This document shows, piece after piece, positions 15,001-30,000 of a stretch of 64,000 bases of DNA. This DNA comes from Auanema rhodensis (lineage: Eukaryota; Animalia; Nematoda): contig OZ059894.1 of NCBI GenBank assembly GCA_964057225.1, forward strand, positions 13,144,001-13,208,000. The letters are read 5' to 3'. The notes below the pieces were generated by a model that saw only the letters and a program-made list of their open reading frames with translations, was not told the DNA's origin and ran no database searches. A program made the position numbers and the translations under genes. Numbering within the stretch: the first letter of the stretch is position 1; each line of letters begins with the position of its first letter.

Positions 15001-18000
15001 AATAAAACATGAAAATATTTTAAAATTTTCCAATTCATTTTACTCCATTTTCTTCATTTAATCACGTATTTTGAAACAATCTCATATTTTTACAATAGTT
15101 TTGAAACAATTCATTCGTTCATTGAGATTTGAAACATTAAAAACGATCTTAATTTGAATTTTCTGATACTAAAAAAATAAAACATGGAAATATTTTATAA
15201 TTTTCCAATTCATTTTACTCCATTTTCTTCATTTAATCACGTATTTTGAAACAATCTCAAATTTTTACAATAGTTTTGAAACAATTCATTCGTTCATTAA
15301 GATTTTAAACAGTGAAAAAAAAAAGTTTGAATATTTTGATACTCAAGAAATAAAACATGAAAATATTTTATAATTTTCCAATTCATTTTACTCCATTTTC
15401 TTCATTTAATCACGTATTTTGAAACAATCTCATATTTTTACAATAGTTTTGAAACAATTCATTCGTTCATTAAGATTTTAAACAATGAAAAAAAAAAGTT
15501 TGAATATTTTGAAACTCAAGAAATAAAACATGAAAATATTTTAAAATTTTCCAATTCATTTTACTCCATTTTCTTCATTTAATCACGTATTTTGAAACAA
15601 TCTCATATTTTTACAATAGTTTTGAAACAATTCATTCGTTCATTGAGATTTGAAACATTAAAAACGATCTTAATTTGAATTTTCTGATACTAAAAAAATA
15701 AAACATGGAAATATTTTATAATTTTCCAATTCATTTTACTCCATTTTCTTCATTTAATCACGTATTTTGAAACAATCTCAAATTTTTACAATAGTTTTGA
15801 AACAATTCATTCGTTCATTAAGATTTTAAACAGTGAAAAAAAAAAGTTTGAATATTTTGAAACTCAAGAAATAAAACATGAAAATATTTTATAATTTTCC
15901 AATTCATTTTACTCCATTTTCTTCATTTAATCACGTATTTTGAAACAATCTCATATTTTTACAATAATTTCGAAACAAATCATCCAGTTAATAATGTTTT
16001 TAACAGTAAAGTAGATATAATTTTAATTATTTTGATACTCAAAAAATAAAACATAAAAATATTTTATAATTTTCCAATTCATTTTACTCCATTTTCTTCA
16101 TTTAATCACGTATTTTGAAACAATCTCATATTTTTACAATAGTTTTGAAACAATTCATTCGTTCATTGAGATTTGAAACATTAAAAACGATCTTAATTTG
16201 AATTTTCTGATACTAAAAAAATAAAACATGGAAATATTTTATAATTTTCCAATTCATTTTACTCCATTTTCTTCATTTAATCACGTATTTTGAAACAATC
16301 TCAAATTTTTACAATAGTTTTGAAACAATTCATTCGTTCATTAAGATTTTAAACAGTGAAAAAAAAAAGTTTGAATATTTTGATACTCAAGAAATAAAAC
16401 ATGAAAATATTTTATAATTTTCCAATTCATTTTACTCCATTTTCTTCATTTAATCACGTATTTTGAAACAATCTCATATTTTTACAATAGTTTTGAAACA
16501 ATTCATTCGTTCATTAAGATTTTAAACAGTGAAAAAAAAAAGTTTGAATATTTTGAAACTCAAGAAATAAAACATGAAAATATTTTAAAATTTTCCAATT
16601 CATTTTACTCCATTTTCTTCATTTAATCACGTATTTTGAAACAATCTCATATTTTTACAATAGTTTTGAAACAATTCATTCGTTCATTGAGATTTGAAAC
16701 ATTAAAAACGATCTTAATTTGAATTTTCTGATACTAAAAAAATAAAACATGGAAATATTTTATAATTTTCCAATTCATTTTACTCCATTTTCTTCATTTA
16801 ATCACGTATTTTGAAACAATCTCAAATTTTTACAATAGTTTTGAAACAATTCATTCGTTCATTAAGATTTTAAACAGTGAAAAAAAAAAGTTTGAATATT
16901 TTGAAACTCAAGAAATAAAACATGAAAATATTTTATAATTTTCCAATTCATTTTACTCCATTTTCTTCATTTAATCACGTATTTTGAAACAATCTCATAT
17001 TTTTACAATAATTTCGAAACAAATCATCCAGTTAATAATGTTTTTAACAGTAAAGTAGATATAATTTTAATTATTTTGATAATCAAAAAATAAAACATAA
17101 AAATATTTTATAATTTTCCAATTCATTTTACTCCATTTTCTTCATTTAATCACGTATTTTGAAACAATCTCATATTTTTACAATAGTTTTGAAACAATTC
17201 ATTCGTTCATTGAGATTTGAAACATTAAAAACGATCTTAATTTGAATTTTCTGATACTAAAAAAATAAAACATGGAAATATTTTATAATTTTCCAATTCA
17301 TTTTACTCCATTTTCTTCATTTAATCACGTATTTTGAAACAATCTCAAATTTTTACAATATTTTGGAAACAATTCATTCGTTCAAAGATTTTAAACAATG
17401 AAAAAAAAAAGTTTGAATATTTTGAAACTCAAGAAATAAAACATGAAAATATTTCATAATTTTCCAATTCATTTTACTCCATTTTCTTCATTTAATCACG
17501 TATTTTGAAACAATCTCATATTTTTACAATAGTTTTGAAACAATTCATTCGTTCTGTAAGGTTTTAAACAGTGAAAAAAATAAGTTTAAATATTTTGATA
17601 CTCAAGAAATAAAACACGAAAATATTTTATAATTTTCCAATTCATTTTACTCCATTTTCTTCATTTAATCACGTATTTTGAAACAATCTCAAATTTTTAC
17701 AATAGTTTTGAAACAATTCATCCGTTCATTAAGATTTTAAACAGTGAAAAAAAAAAGTTTGAATATTTTGATACTAAAAAAATAAAACATGAAAATATTT
17801 TAAAATTTTCCAATTCATTTTACTCTATTTTCTTCATTTAATCACGTATTTTGAAACAATCTCAAATTTTTACAATAGTTTTGAAACAATTCATTCGTTT
17901 ATTGAGATTTTAAACAGTGAAAAAAAAAGTTTGAATATTTTGATACTCAAGAAATAAAACATGAAAATTTTTTATAATTTTCCAATTCATTTTACTCTAT

Positions 18001-21000
18001 TTTCTTCATTTAATCATGTTTCTTGGAACAATTTTAAATTTTTACAATAATTTCGAAACAAATCATTCATTTAATAATGTTTTTAACAGTAAAGAAGATA
18101 TAATTTTAAATATTTTGATACTCAAAAAATAAAACATGAAAATATTTTAAAATTTTCCAATTCATTTTACTCTATTTTCTTCATTTAATCATGTTTCTTG
18201 GAATAATTTTAAATTTTACAATAATTTCAAAACAAATCATCCAGTTAATAATGTTTTTAACAGTAAAGTAGATATAATTTTAATTATTTTGATACTCAAA
18301 AAATAAAACATGAAAATATTTTATAATTTTCCAATTCATTTTACTCTATTTTCTTCATTTAATCATGTTTCTTGGAACAATTTTAAATTTTTACAATAAT
18401 TTCGAAACAAATCATCCAGTTAATAATGTTTTTAACAGTAAAGAAGTTATAATTTCAAATATTTTGATACTCAAAAAATAAAACACGAAAATATTTTATA
18501 ATTTTCCAATTCATTTTACTCTATTTTCTTCATTTAATCACGTATTTTGAAACAATCTCAAATTTTTACAATAGTTTTGCAACAATTCATTCGTTCATTA
18601 AGATTTTAAACAGTGAAAAAAAAAAGTTTGAATATTTTGAAACTCAAGAAATAAAACATGAAAATATTTTATAATTTTCCAATTCATTTTACTCCATTTT
18701 CTTCATTTAATCACGTATTTTGAAACAATCTCAAATTTTTACAATAGTTTTGCAACAATTCATTCGTTCATTAAGATTTTAAACAGTGAAAAAAAAAAGT
18801 TTGAATATTTTGAAACTCAAGAAATAAAACATGAAAATATTTTATAATTTTCCAATTCATTTTACTCCATTTTCTTCATTTAATCACGTATTTTGAAACA
18901 ATCTCATATTTTTACAATAGTTTTGAAACAATTCATTCGTTCATTGAGATTTGAAACATTAAAAACGATCTTAATTTGAATTTTCTGATACTAAAAAAAT
19001 AAAACATGGAAATATTTTATAATTTTCCAATTCATTTTACTCCATTTTCTTCATTTAATCACGTATTTTGAAACAATCTCAAATTTTTACAATAGTTTGG
19101 AAACAATTCATTCGTTCATTAAGATTTTAAACAATGAAAAAAAAAAGTTTGAATATTTTGAAACTCAAGAAATAAAACATGAAAATATTTCATAATTTTC
19201 CAATTCATTTTACTCCATTTTCTTCATTTAATCACGTATTTTGAAACAATCTCATATTTTTACAATAGTTTTGAAACAATTCATTCGTTCTGTAAGATTT
19301 TAAACAGTGAAAAAAATAAGTTTAAATATTTTGATACTCAAGAAATAAAACATGAAAATATTTTATAATTTTCCAATTCATTTTACTCCATTTTCTTCAT
19401 TTAATCACGTATTTTGAAACAATCTCATATTTTTACAATAGTTTTGAAACAATTCATTCGTTCATTAAGATTTTAAACAGTGAAAAAAAAAGTTTGAATG
19501 TTTTGATACTCAAGAAATAAAACATGAAAATATTTTATAATATTCCAATTCATTTTACTCTATTTTCTTCATTTAATCACGTATTTTGAAACAATCTCAT
19601 ATTTTTACAATAGTTTTGGAACAATAAATTCGTTCATTAAGATTTGAAACATTAAAAGCGATCTTAATTTGAATTTTCTGATACTAAGAAAATAAAACAT
19701 GGAAATATTTTATAATTTTCCAATTTATTTTACTCCATTTTCTTCATTTAATCACGTATTTTGAAACAATCTCAAATTTTTACAATAGTTTTGAAACAAT
19801 TCATTCGTTCATTAAGATTTTAAACAGTGAAAAAAAAAAGTTTAAATATTTTGATACTCAAGAAATAAAACATGAAAATATTTTATAATTTTCCAATTCA
19901 TTTTACTCCATTTTCTTCATTTAATCACGTATTTTGAAACAATCACATATTTTTACAATAGTTTTGAAACAATTCTTTCGTTCATTGAGCTTTGAAACAT
20001 TAAAAACGATCTTAATTTGAATTTTCTGATACTAAAAAAATAAAACATGGAAATATTTTATAATTTTCCAATTCATTTTACTCCATTTTCTTCATTTAAT
20101 CACGTATTTTGAAACAATCTCAAATTTTTACAATAGTTTTGAAACAATTCATTCGTTCATTAAGATTTTAAACAGTGAAAAAAAAAAGTTTGAATATTTT
20201 GAAACTCAAGAAATAAAACATGAAAATATTTTATAATTTTCCAATTCATTTTACTCCATTTTCTTCATTTAATCACGTATTTTGAAACAATCTCATATTT
20301 TTACAATAGTTTTGAAACAATTCATTCGTTCATTAAGATTTTAAACAGTGAAAAAAAAAAGTTTGAATATTTTGATACTCAAGAAAGAAAACATGAAAAT
20401 ATTTTATAATATTCCAATTCATTTTACTCTATTTTCTTCATTTAATCATGTTTCTTGGAACAATTTTAAATTTTACAATAATTTCGAAACAAATCATCCA
20501 GTTAACAATGTTTTTAACAGTAAAGTAGATATAATTTTGATTATTTTGATACTCAAAAAATAAAACATGGAAATATTTTATAATTTTCCAATTCATTTTA
20601 CTCCATTTTCTTCATTTAATCACGTATTTTGAAACAATCTCAAATTTTTACAATAGTTTTGAAACAATTCATTCGTTCATTAAGATTTTAAACAGTGAAA
20701 AAAAAAAGTTTAAATATTTTGATACTCAAGAAATAAAACATGAAAATATTTTATAATTTTCCAATTCATTTTACTCCATTTTCTTCATTTAATCACGTAT
20801 TTTGAAACAATCTCATATTTTTACAACAGTTTTGAAACAATTCATTCGTTCATTAAGATTTTAAACAGTGAAAAAAAAAAGTTTGAATATTTTGATACTC
20901 AAGAAATAAAACATGAAAATATTTTATAATATTCCAATTCATTTTACTCTATTTTCTTCATTTAATCATGTTTCTTCGAACAATTTTAAATTTTACAATA

Positions 21001-24000
21001 ATTTCGAAACAAATCATCCAGTTAATAATGTTTTTAACAGTAAAATAGATATAATTTTAATTATTTTGATACTCAAAAAATAAAACATGAAAATATTTTA
21101 TAATTTTCCAATTCATTTTACTCTATTTTCTTCATTTAATCATGTTTCTTGGAACAATTTTAAATTTTACAATAATTTCGAAACAAATCATCCAGTTAAT
21201 AATGTTTTTAACAGTAAAGTAGATATAATTTTAATTATTTTGATACTCAAAAAATAAAACATGAAAATATTTTATAATTTTCCAATTCATTTTACTCCAT
21301 TTTCTTCATTTAATCACGTATTTTGAAACAATCTCATATTTTTACAATAGTTTTGAAACAATTCATTCGTTCATTAAGATTTTAAATAGTGAAAAAAAAA
21401 ATTTTGAATATTTTGATACTCAAGAAATAAAACATGAAAATATTTTATAATATTCCAATTCATTTTACTTTATTTTCTTCATTTAATCATGTTTCTCGGA
21501 ACAATTTTAAATTTTACAATAATTTCGAAACAAATCATCCAGTTAATAATGTTTTTAACAGTAAAGTAGATATAATTTTAATTATTTTGATACTCAAAAA
21601 AGAAAACATGAAAATATTTTATAATTTTCCAATTCATTTTACTCCATTTTCTTCATTTAATCACGTATTTTGAAACAATCTCATATTTTTACAATAGTTT
21701 TGAAACAATTCATTCGTTCATTAAGATTTTAAACAGTGAAAAAAAAAAGTTTGAGTATTTTGATACTCAAGAAATAAAACATGAAAATATTTTATAATAT
21801 TCCAATTCATTTTACTCTATTTTCTTCATTTAATCATGTTTCTTGGAACAATTTTAAATTTTACAATAATTTCGAAACAAATCATCCAGTTAATAATGTT
21901 TTTAACTGTAAAGTAGATATAATTTTAATTTATTTTGATACTCAAAAAATAAAACATAAAAATATTTTATAATTTTCCAATTCATTTTACTCCATTTTCT
22001 TCATTTAATCACGTATTTTGAAACAATCTCATATTTTTACAATAGTTTTGAAACAATTCATTCGTTCATTGAGATTTGAAACATTAAAAACGATCTTAAT
22101 TTGAATTTTCTGATACTAAAAAAATAAAACATGGAAATATTTTATAATTTTCCAATTCATTTTACTCCATTTTCTTCATTTAATCACGTATTTTGAAACA
22201 ATCTCAAATTTTTACAATAGTTTTGAAACAATTCATTCGTTCATTAAGATTTTAAACAATGAAAAAAAAAAGTTTGAATATTTTGAAACTCAAGAAATAA
22301 AACATGAAAATATTTTATAATTTTCCAATTCATTTTACTCCATTTTCTTCATTTAATCACGTATTTTGAAACAATCTCAAATTTTTACAATAGTTTTGAA
22401 ACAATTCATTCGTTCATTAAGATTTTAAACAGTGAAAAAAAAAAGTTTGAATATTTTGAAACTCAAGAAATAAAACATGAAAATATTTTATAATTTTCCA
22501 ATTCATTTTACTCCATTTTCTTCATTTAATCACGTATTTTGAAACAATCTCATATTTTTACAATAATTTCGAAACAAATCATCCAGTTAATAATGTTTTT
22601 AACAGTAAAGTAGATATAATTTTAATTATTTTGATACTCAAAAAATAAAACATAAAAATATTTTATAATTTTCCAATTCATTTTACTCCATTTTCTTCAT
22701 TTAATCACGTATTTTGAAACAATCTCATATTTTTACAATAGTTTTGAAACAATTCATTCGTTCATTGAGATTTGAAACATTAAAAACGATCTTAATTTGA
22801 ATTTTCTGATACTAAAAAAATAAAACATGGAAATATTTTATAATTTTCCAATTCATTTTACTCCATTTTCTTCATTTAATCACGTATTTTGAAACAATCT
22901 CAAATTTTTACAATAGTTTGGAAACAATTCATTCGTTCATTAAGATTTTAAACAATGAAAAAAAAAAGTTTGAATATTTTGAAACTCAAGAAATAAAACA
23001 TGGAAATATTTTATAATTTTCCAATTCATTTTACTCTATTTTCTTCATTTAATCACGTATTTTGAAACAATCTCAAATTTTTACAATAGTTTTGAAACAA
23101 CTCATTCGTTCATTGAGATTTTAAACAGTGAAAAAAAAAGTTTGAATATTTTGATACTCAAGAAATAAAACATGAAAATTTTTTATAATTTTCCAATTCA
23201 TTTTACTCTATTTTCTTCATTTAATCATGTTTCTTGGAACAATTTTAAATTTTTACAATAATTTCGAAACAAATCATTCATTTAATAATGTTTTTAACAG
23301 TAAAGAAGATATAATTTTAAATATTTTGATACTCAAAAAATAAAACATGAAAATATTTTAAAATTTTCCAATTCATTTTACTCTATTTTCTTCATTTAAT
23401 CATGTTTCTTGGAATAATTTTAAAGTTTACAATAATTTCAAAACAAATCATCCAGTTAATAATGTTTTTAACAGTAAAGTAGATATAATTTTAATTATTT
23501 TGATACTCAAAAAATAAAACATGAAAATATTTTATAATTTTCCAATTCATTTTACTCTATTTTCTTCATTTAATCATGTTTCTTGGAACAATTTTAAATT
23601 TTTACAATAATTTCGAAACAAATCATCCAGTTAATAATGTTTTTAACAGTAAAGAAGTTATAATTTCAAATATTTTGATACTCAAAAAATAAAACATGAA
23701 AATATTTTATAATTTTCCAATTCATTTTACTCTATTTTCTTCATTTAATCACGTATTTTGAAACAATCTCAAATTTTTACAATAGTTTTGAAACAATTCA
23801 TTCGTTCATTAAGATTTTAAACAGTGAAAAAAAAAAGTTTGAATATTTTGAAACTCAAGAAATAAAACATGAAAATATTTTATAATTTTCCAATTCATTT
23901 TACTCCATTTTCTTCATTTAATCACGTATTTTGAAACAATCTCATATTTTTACAATAGTTTTGAAACAATTCATTCGTTCATTGAGATTTGAAACATTAA

Positions 24001-27000
24001 AAACGATCTTAATTTGAATTTTCTAATACTAAAAAAATAAAACATGGAAATATTTTATAATTTTCCAATTCATTTTACTCCATTTTCTTCATTTAATCAC
24101 GTATTTTGAAACAATCTCATATTTTTACAATAGTTTTGAAACAATTCATTCGTTCATTAAGATTTTAAACAGTGAAAAAAAAAGTTTAAATATTTTGATA
24201 CTCAAGAAATAAAACATGAAAATATTTTATAATTTTCCAATTCATTTTACTCCATTTTCTTCATTTAATCATGTTTCTTGGAACAATTTTAAATTTTTAC
24301 AATAATTTCGAAACAAATCATTCATTTAATAATGTTTTTAACAGTAAAGAAGATATAATTTTAAATATTTTGATACTCAAAAAATAAAACATGAAAATAT
24401 TTTAAAATTTTCCAATTCATTTTACTCTATTTTCTTCATTTAATCACGTATTTTGAAACAATCTCAAATTTTTACAATAGTTTGGAAACAATTCATTCGT
24501 TCATTAAGATTTTAAACAATGAAAAAAAAAAGTTTGAATATTTTGAAACTCAAGAAATAAAACATGGAAATATTTTATAATTTTCCAATTCATTTTACTC
24601 TATTTTCTTCATTTAATCACGTATTTTGAAACAATCTCAAATTTTTACAATAGTTTGGAAACAATTCATTCGTTCATTAAGATTTTAAACAATGAAAAAA
24701 AAAAGTTTGAATATTTTGAAACTCAAGAAATAAAACATGGAAATATTTTATAATTTTCCAATTCATTTTACTCTATTTTCTTCATTTAATCACGTATTTT
24801 GAAACAATCTCAAATTTTTACAATAGTTTTGAAACAACTCATTCGTTCATTGAGATTTTAAACAGTGAAAAAAAAAGTTTGAATATTTTGATACTCAAGA
24901 AATAAAACATGAAAATTTTTTATAATTTTCCAATTCATTTTACTCTATTTTCTTCATTTAATCATGTTTCTTGGAACAATTTTAAATTTTTACAATAATT
25001 TCGAAACAAATCATTCATTTAATAATGTTTTTAACAGTAAAGAAGATATAATTTTAAATATTTTGATACTCAAAAAATAAAACATGAAAATATTTTAAAA
25101 TTTTCCAATTCATTTTACTCTATTTTCTTCATTTAATCATGTTTCTTGGAATAATTTTAAAGTTTACAATAATTTCAAAACAAATCATCCAGTTAATAAT
25201 GTTTTTAACAGTAAAGTAGATATAATTTTAATTATTTTGATACTCAAAAAATAAAACATGAAAATATTTTATAATTTTCCAATTCATTTTACTCTATTTT
25301 CTTCATTTAATCATGTTTCTTGGAACAATTTTAAATTTTTACAATAATTTCGAAACAAATCATCCAGTTAATAATGTTTTTAACAGTAAAGAAGTTATAA
25401 TTTCAAATATTTTGATACTCAAAAAATAAAACATGAAAATATTTTATAATTTTCCAATTCATTTTACTCTATTTTCTTCATTTAATCACGTATTTTGAAG
25501 CAATCTCAAATTTTTACAATAGTTTTGAAACAATTCATTCGTTCATTAAGATTTTAAACAGTGAAAAAAAAAAGTTTGAATATTTCGAAACTCAAGAAAT
25601 AAAACATGAAAATATTTTATAATTTTCCAATTCATTTTACTCCATTTTCTTCATTTAATCACGTATTTTGAAACAATCTCATATTTTTACAATAGTTTTG
25701 AAACAATTCATTCGTTCATTGAGATTTGAAACATTAAAAACGATCTTAATTTGAATTTTCTGATACTAAAAAAATAAAACATGGAAATATTTTATAATTT
25801 TCCAATTCATTTTACTCCATTTTCTTCATTTAATCACGTATTTTGAAACAATCTCAAATTTTTACAATAGTTTGGAAACAATTCATTCGTTCATTAAGAT
25901 TTTAAACAATGAAAAAAAAAAGTTTGAATATTTTGAAACTCAAGAAATAAAACATGAAAATATTTCATAATTTTCCAATTCATTTTACTCCATTTTCTTC
26001 ATTTAATCACGTATTTTGAAACAATCTCATATTTTTACAATAGTTTTGAAACAATTCATTCGTTCTGTAAGGTTTTAAACAGTGAAAAAAATAAGTTTAA
26101 ATATTTTGATACTCAAGAAATAAAACACGAAAATATTTTATAATTTTCCAATTCATTTTACTCCATTTTCTTCATTTAATCACGTATTTTGAAACAATCT
26201 CAAATTTTTACAATAGTTTTGAAACAATTCATCCGTTCATTAAGATTTTAAACAGTGAAAAAAAAAAGTTTGAATATTTTGATACTAAAAAAATAAAACA
26301 TGAAAATATTTTAAAATTTTCCAATTCATTTTACTCTATTTTCTTCATTTAATCACGTATTTTGAAACAATCTCAAATTTTTACAATAGTTTTGAAACAA
26401 TTCATTCGTTTATTGAGATTTTAAACAGTGAAAAAAAAAGTTTGAATATTTTGATACTCAAGAAATAAAACATGAAAATTTTTTATAATTTTCCAATTCA
26501 TTTTACTCTATTTTCTTCATTTAATCATGTTTCTTGGAACAATTTTAAATTTTTACAATAATTTCGAAACAAATCATTCATTTAATAATGTTTTTAACAG
26601 TAAAGAAGATATAATTTTAAATATTTTGATACTCAAAAAATAAAACATGAAAATATTTTAAAATTTTCCAATTCATTTTACTCTATTTTCTTCATTTAAT
26701 CATGTTTCTTGGAATAATTTTAAATTTTACAATAATTTCAAAACAAATCATCCAGTTAATAATGTTTTTAACAGTAAAGTAGATATAATTTTAATTATTT
26801 TGATACTCAAAAAATAAAACATGAAAATATTTTATAATTTTCCAATTCATTTTACTCTATTTTCTTCATTTAATCATGTTTCTTGGAACAATTTTAAATT
26901 TTTACAATAATTTCGAAATAAATCATCCAGTTAATAATGTTTTTAACAGTAAAGAAGTTATAATTTCAAATATTTTGATACTCAAAAAATAAAACATGAA

Positions 27001-30000
27001 AATATTTTATAATTTTCCAATTCATTTTACTCTATTTTCTTCATTTAATCACGTATTTTGAAACAATCTCAAATTTTTACAATAGTTTTGAAACAATTCA
27101 TTCGTTCATTAAGATTTTAAACAGTGAAAAAAAAAAGTTTGAATATTTTGAAACTCAAGAAATAAAACATGAAAATATTTTATAATTTTCCAATTCATTT
27201 TACTCCATTTTCTTCATTTAATCACGTATTTTGAAACAATCTCATATTTTTACAATAGTTTTGAAACAATTCATTCGTTCATTGAGATTTGAAACATTAA
27301 AAACGATCTTAATTTGAATTTTCTAATACTAAAAAAATAAAACATGGAAATATTTTATAATTTTCCAATTCATTTTACTCCATTTTCTTCATTTAATCAC
27401 GTATTTTGAAACAATCTCATATTTTTACAATAGTTTTGAAACAATTCATTCGTTCATTAAGATTTTAAACAGTGAAAAAAAAAGTTTAAATATTTTGATA
27501 CTCAAGAAATAAAACATGAAAATATTTTATAATTTTCCAATTCATTTTACTCCATTTTCTTCATTTAATCACGTATTTTGAAACAATCTCATATTTTTAC
27601 AATAGTTTTGAAACAATTCATTCGTTCATTAAGATTTTAAACAGTGAAAAAAAAAGTTTGAATGTTTTGATACTCAAGAAATAAAACATGAAAATATTTT
27701 ATAATATTCCAATTCATTTTACTCTATTTTCTTCATTTAATCACGTATTTTGAAACAATCTCATATTTTTACAATAGTTTTGGAACAATAAATTCGTTCA
27801 TTAAGATTTGAAACATTAAAAGCGATCTTAATTTGAATTTTCTGATACTAAGAAAATAAAACATGGAAATATTTTATAATTTTCCAATTTATTTTACTCC
27901 ATTTTCTTCATTTAATCACGTATTTTGAAACAATCTCAAATTTTTACAATAGTTTTGAAACAATTCATTCGTTTATTGAGATTTTAAACAGTGAAAAAAA
28001 AAGTTTGAATATTTTGATACTCAAGAAATAAAACATGAAAATTTTTTATAATTTTCCAATTCATTTTACTCTATTTTCTTCATTTAATCATGTTTCTTGG
28101 AACAATTTTAAATTTTTACAATAATTTCGAAACAAATCATTCATTTAATAATGTTTTTAACAGTAAAGAAGATATAATTTTAAATATTTTGATACTCAAA
28201 AAATAAAACATGAAAATATTTTAAAATTTTCCAATTCATTTTACTCTATTTTCTTCATTTAATCATGTTTCTTGGAATAATTTTAAATTTTACAATAATT
28301 TCAAAACAAATCATCCAGTTAATAATGTTTTTAACAGTAAAGTAGATATAATTTTAATTATTTTGATACTCAAAAAATAAAACATGAAAATATTTTATAA
28401 TTTTCCAATTCATTTTACTCTATTTTCTTCATTTAATCATGTTTCTTGGAACAATTTTAAATTTTTACAATAATTTCGAAATAAATCATCCAGTTAATAA
28501 TGTTTTTAACAGTAAAGAAGTTATAATTTCAAATATTTTGATACTCAAAAAATAAAACATGAAAATATTTTATAATTTTCCAATTCATTTTACTCTATTT
28601 TCTTCATTTAATCACGTATTTTGAAACAATCTCAAATTTTTACAATAGTTTTGAAACAATTCATTCGTTCATTAAGATTTTAAACAGTGAAAAAAAAAAG
28701 TTTGAATATTTTGAAACTCAAGAAATAAAACATGAAAATATTTTATAATTTTCCAATTCATTTTACTCCATTTTCTTCATTTAATCACGTATTTTGAAAC
28801 AATCTCATATTTTTACAATAGTTTTGAAACAATTCATTCGTTCATTGAGATTTGAAACATTAAAAACGATCTTAATTTGAATTTTCTAATACTAAAAAAA
28901 TAAAACATGGAAATATTTTATAATTTTCCAATTCATTTTACTCCATTTTCTTCATTTAATCACGTATTTTGAAACAATCTCATATTTTTACAATAGTTTT
29001 GAAACAATTCATTCGTTCATTAAGATTTTAAACAGTGAAAAAAAAAGTTTAAATATTTTGATACTCAAGAAATAAAACATGAAAATATTTTATAATTTTC
29101 CAATTCATTTTACTCCATTTTCTTCATTTAATCACGTATTTTGAAACAATCTCATATTTTTACAATAGTTTTGAAACAATTCATTCGTTCATTAAGATTT
29201 TAAACAGTGAAAAAAAAAGTTTGAATGTTTTGATACTCAAGAAATAAAACATGAAAATATTTTATAATATTCCAATTCATTTTACTCTATTTTCTTCATT
29301 TAATCACGTATTTTGAAACAATCTCATATTTTTACAATAGTTTTGGAACAATAAATTCGTTCATTAAGATTTGAAACATTAAAAGCGATCTTAATTTGAA
29401 TTTTCTGATACTAAGAAAATAAAACATGGAAATATTTTATAATTTTCCAATTTATTTTACTCCATTTTCTTCATTTAATCACGTATTTTGAAACAATCTC
29501 AAATTTTTACAATAGTTTTGAAACAATTCATTCGTTCATTAAGATTTTAAACAGTGAAAAAAAAAAGTTTAAATATTTTGATACTCAAGAAATAAAACAT
29601 GAAAATATTTTATAATTTTCCAATTCATTTTACTCCATTTTCTTCATTTAATCACGTATTTTGAAACAATCACATATTTTTACAATAGTTTTGAAACAAT
29701 TAATTCGTTCATTGAGATTTGAAACATTAAAAACGATCTTAATTTGAATTTTCTGATACTAAAAAAATAAAACATGGAAATATTTTATAATTTTCCAATT
29801 CATTTTACTCCATTTTCTTCATTTAATCACGTATTTTGAAACAATCTCAAATTTTTACAATAGTTTTGAAACAATTCATTCGTTCATTAAAATTTTAAAC
29901 AGTGAAAAAAAAAAGTTTGAATATTTTGAAACTCAAGAAATAAAACATGAAAATATTTTATAATTTTCCAATTCATTTTACTCCATTTTCTTCATTTAAT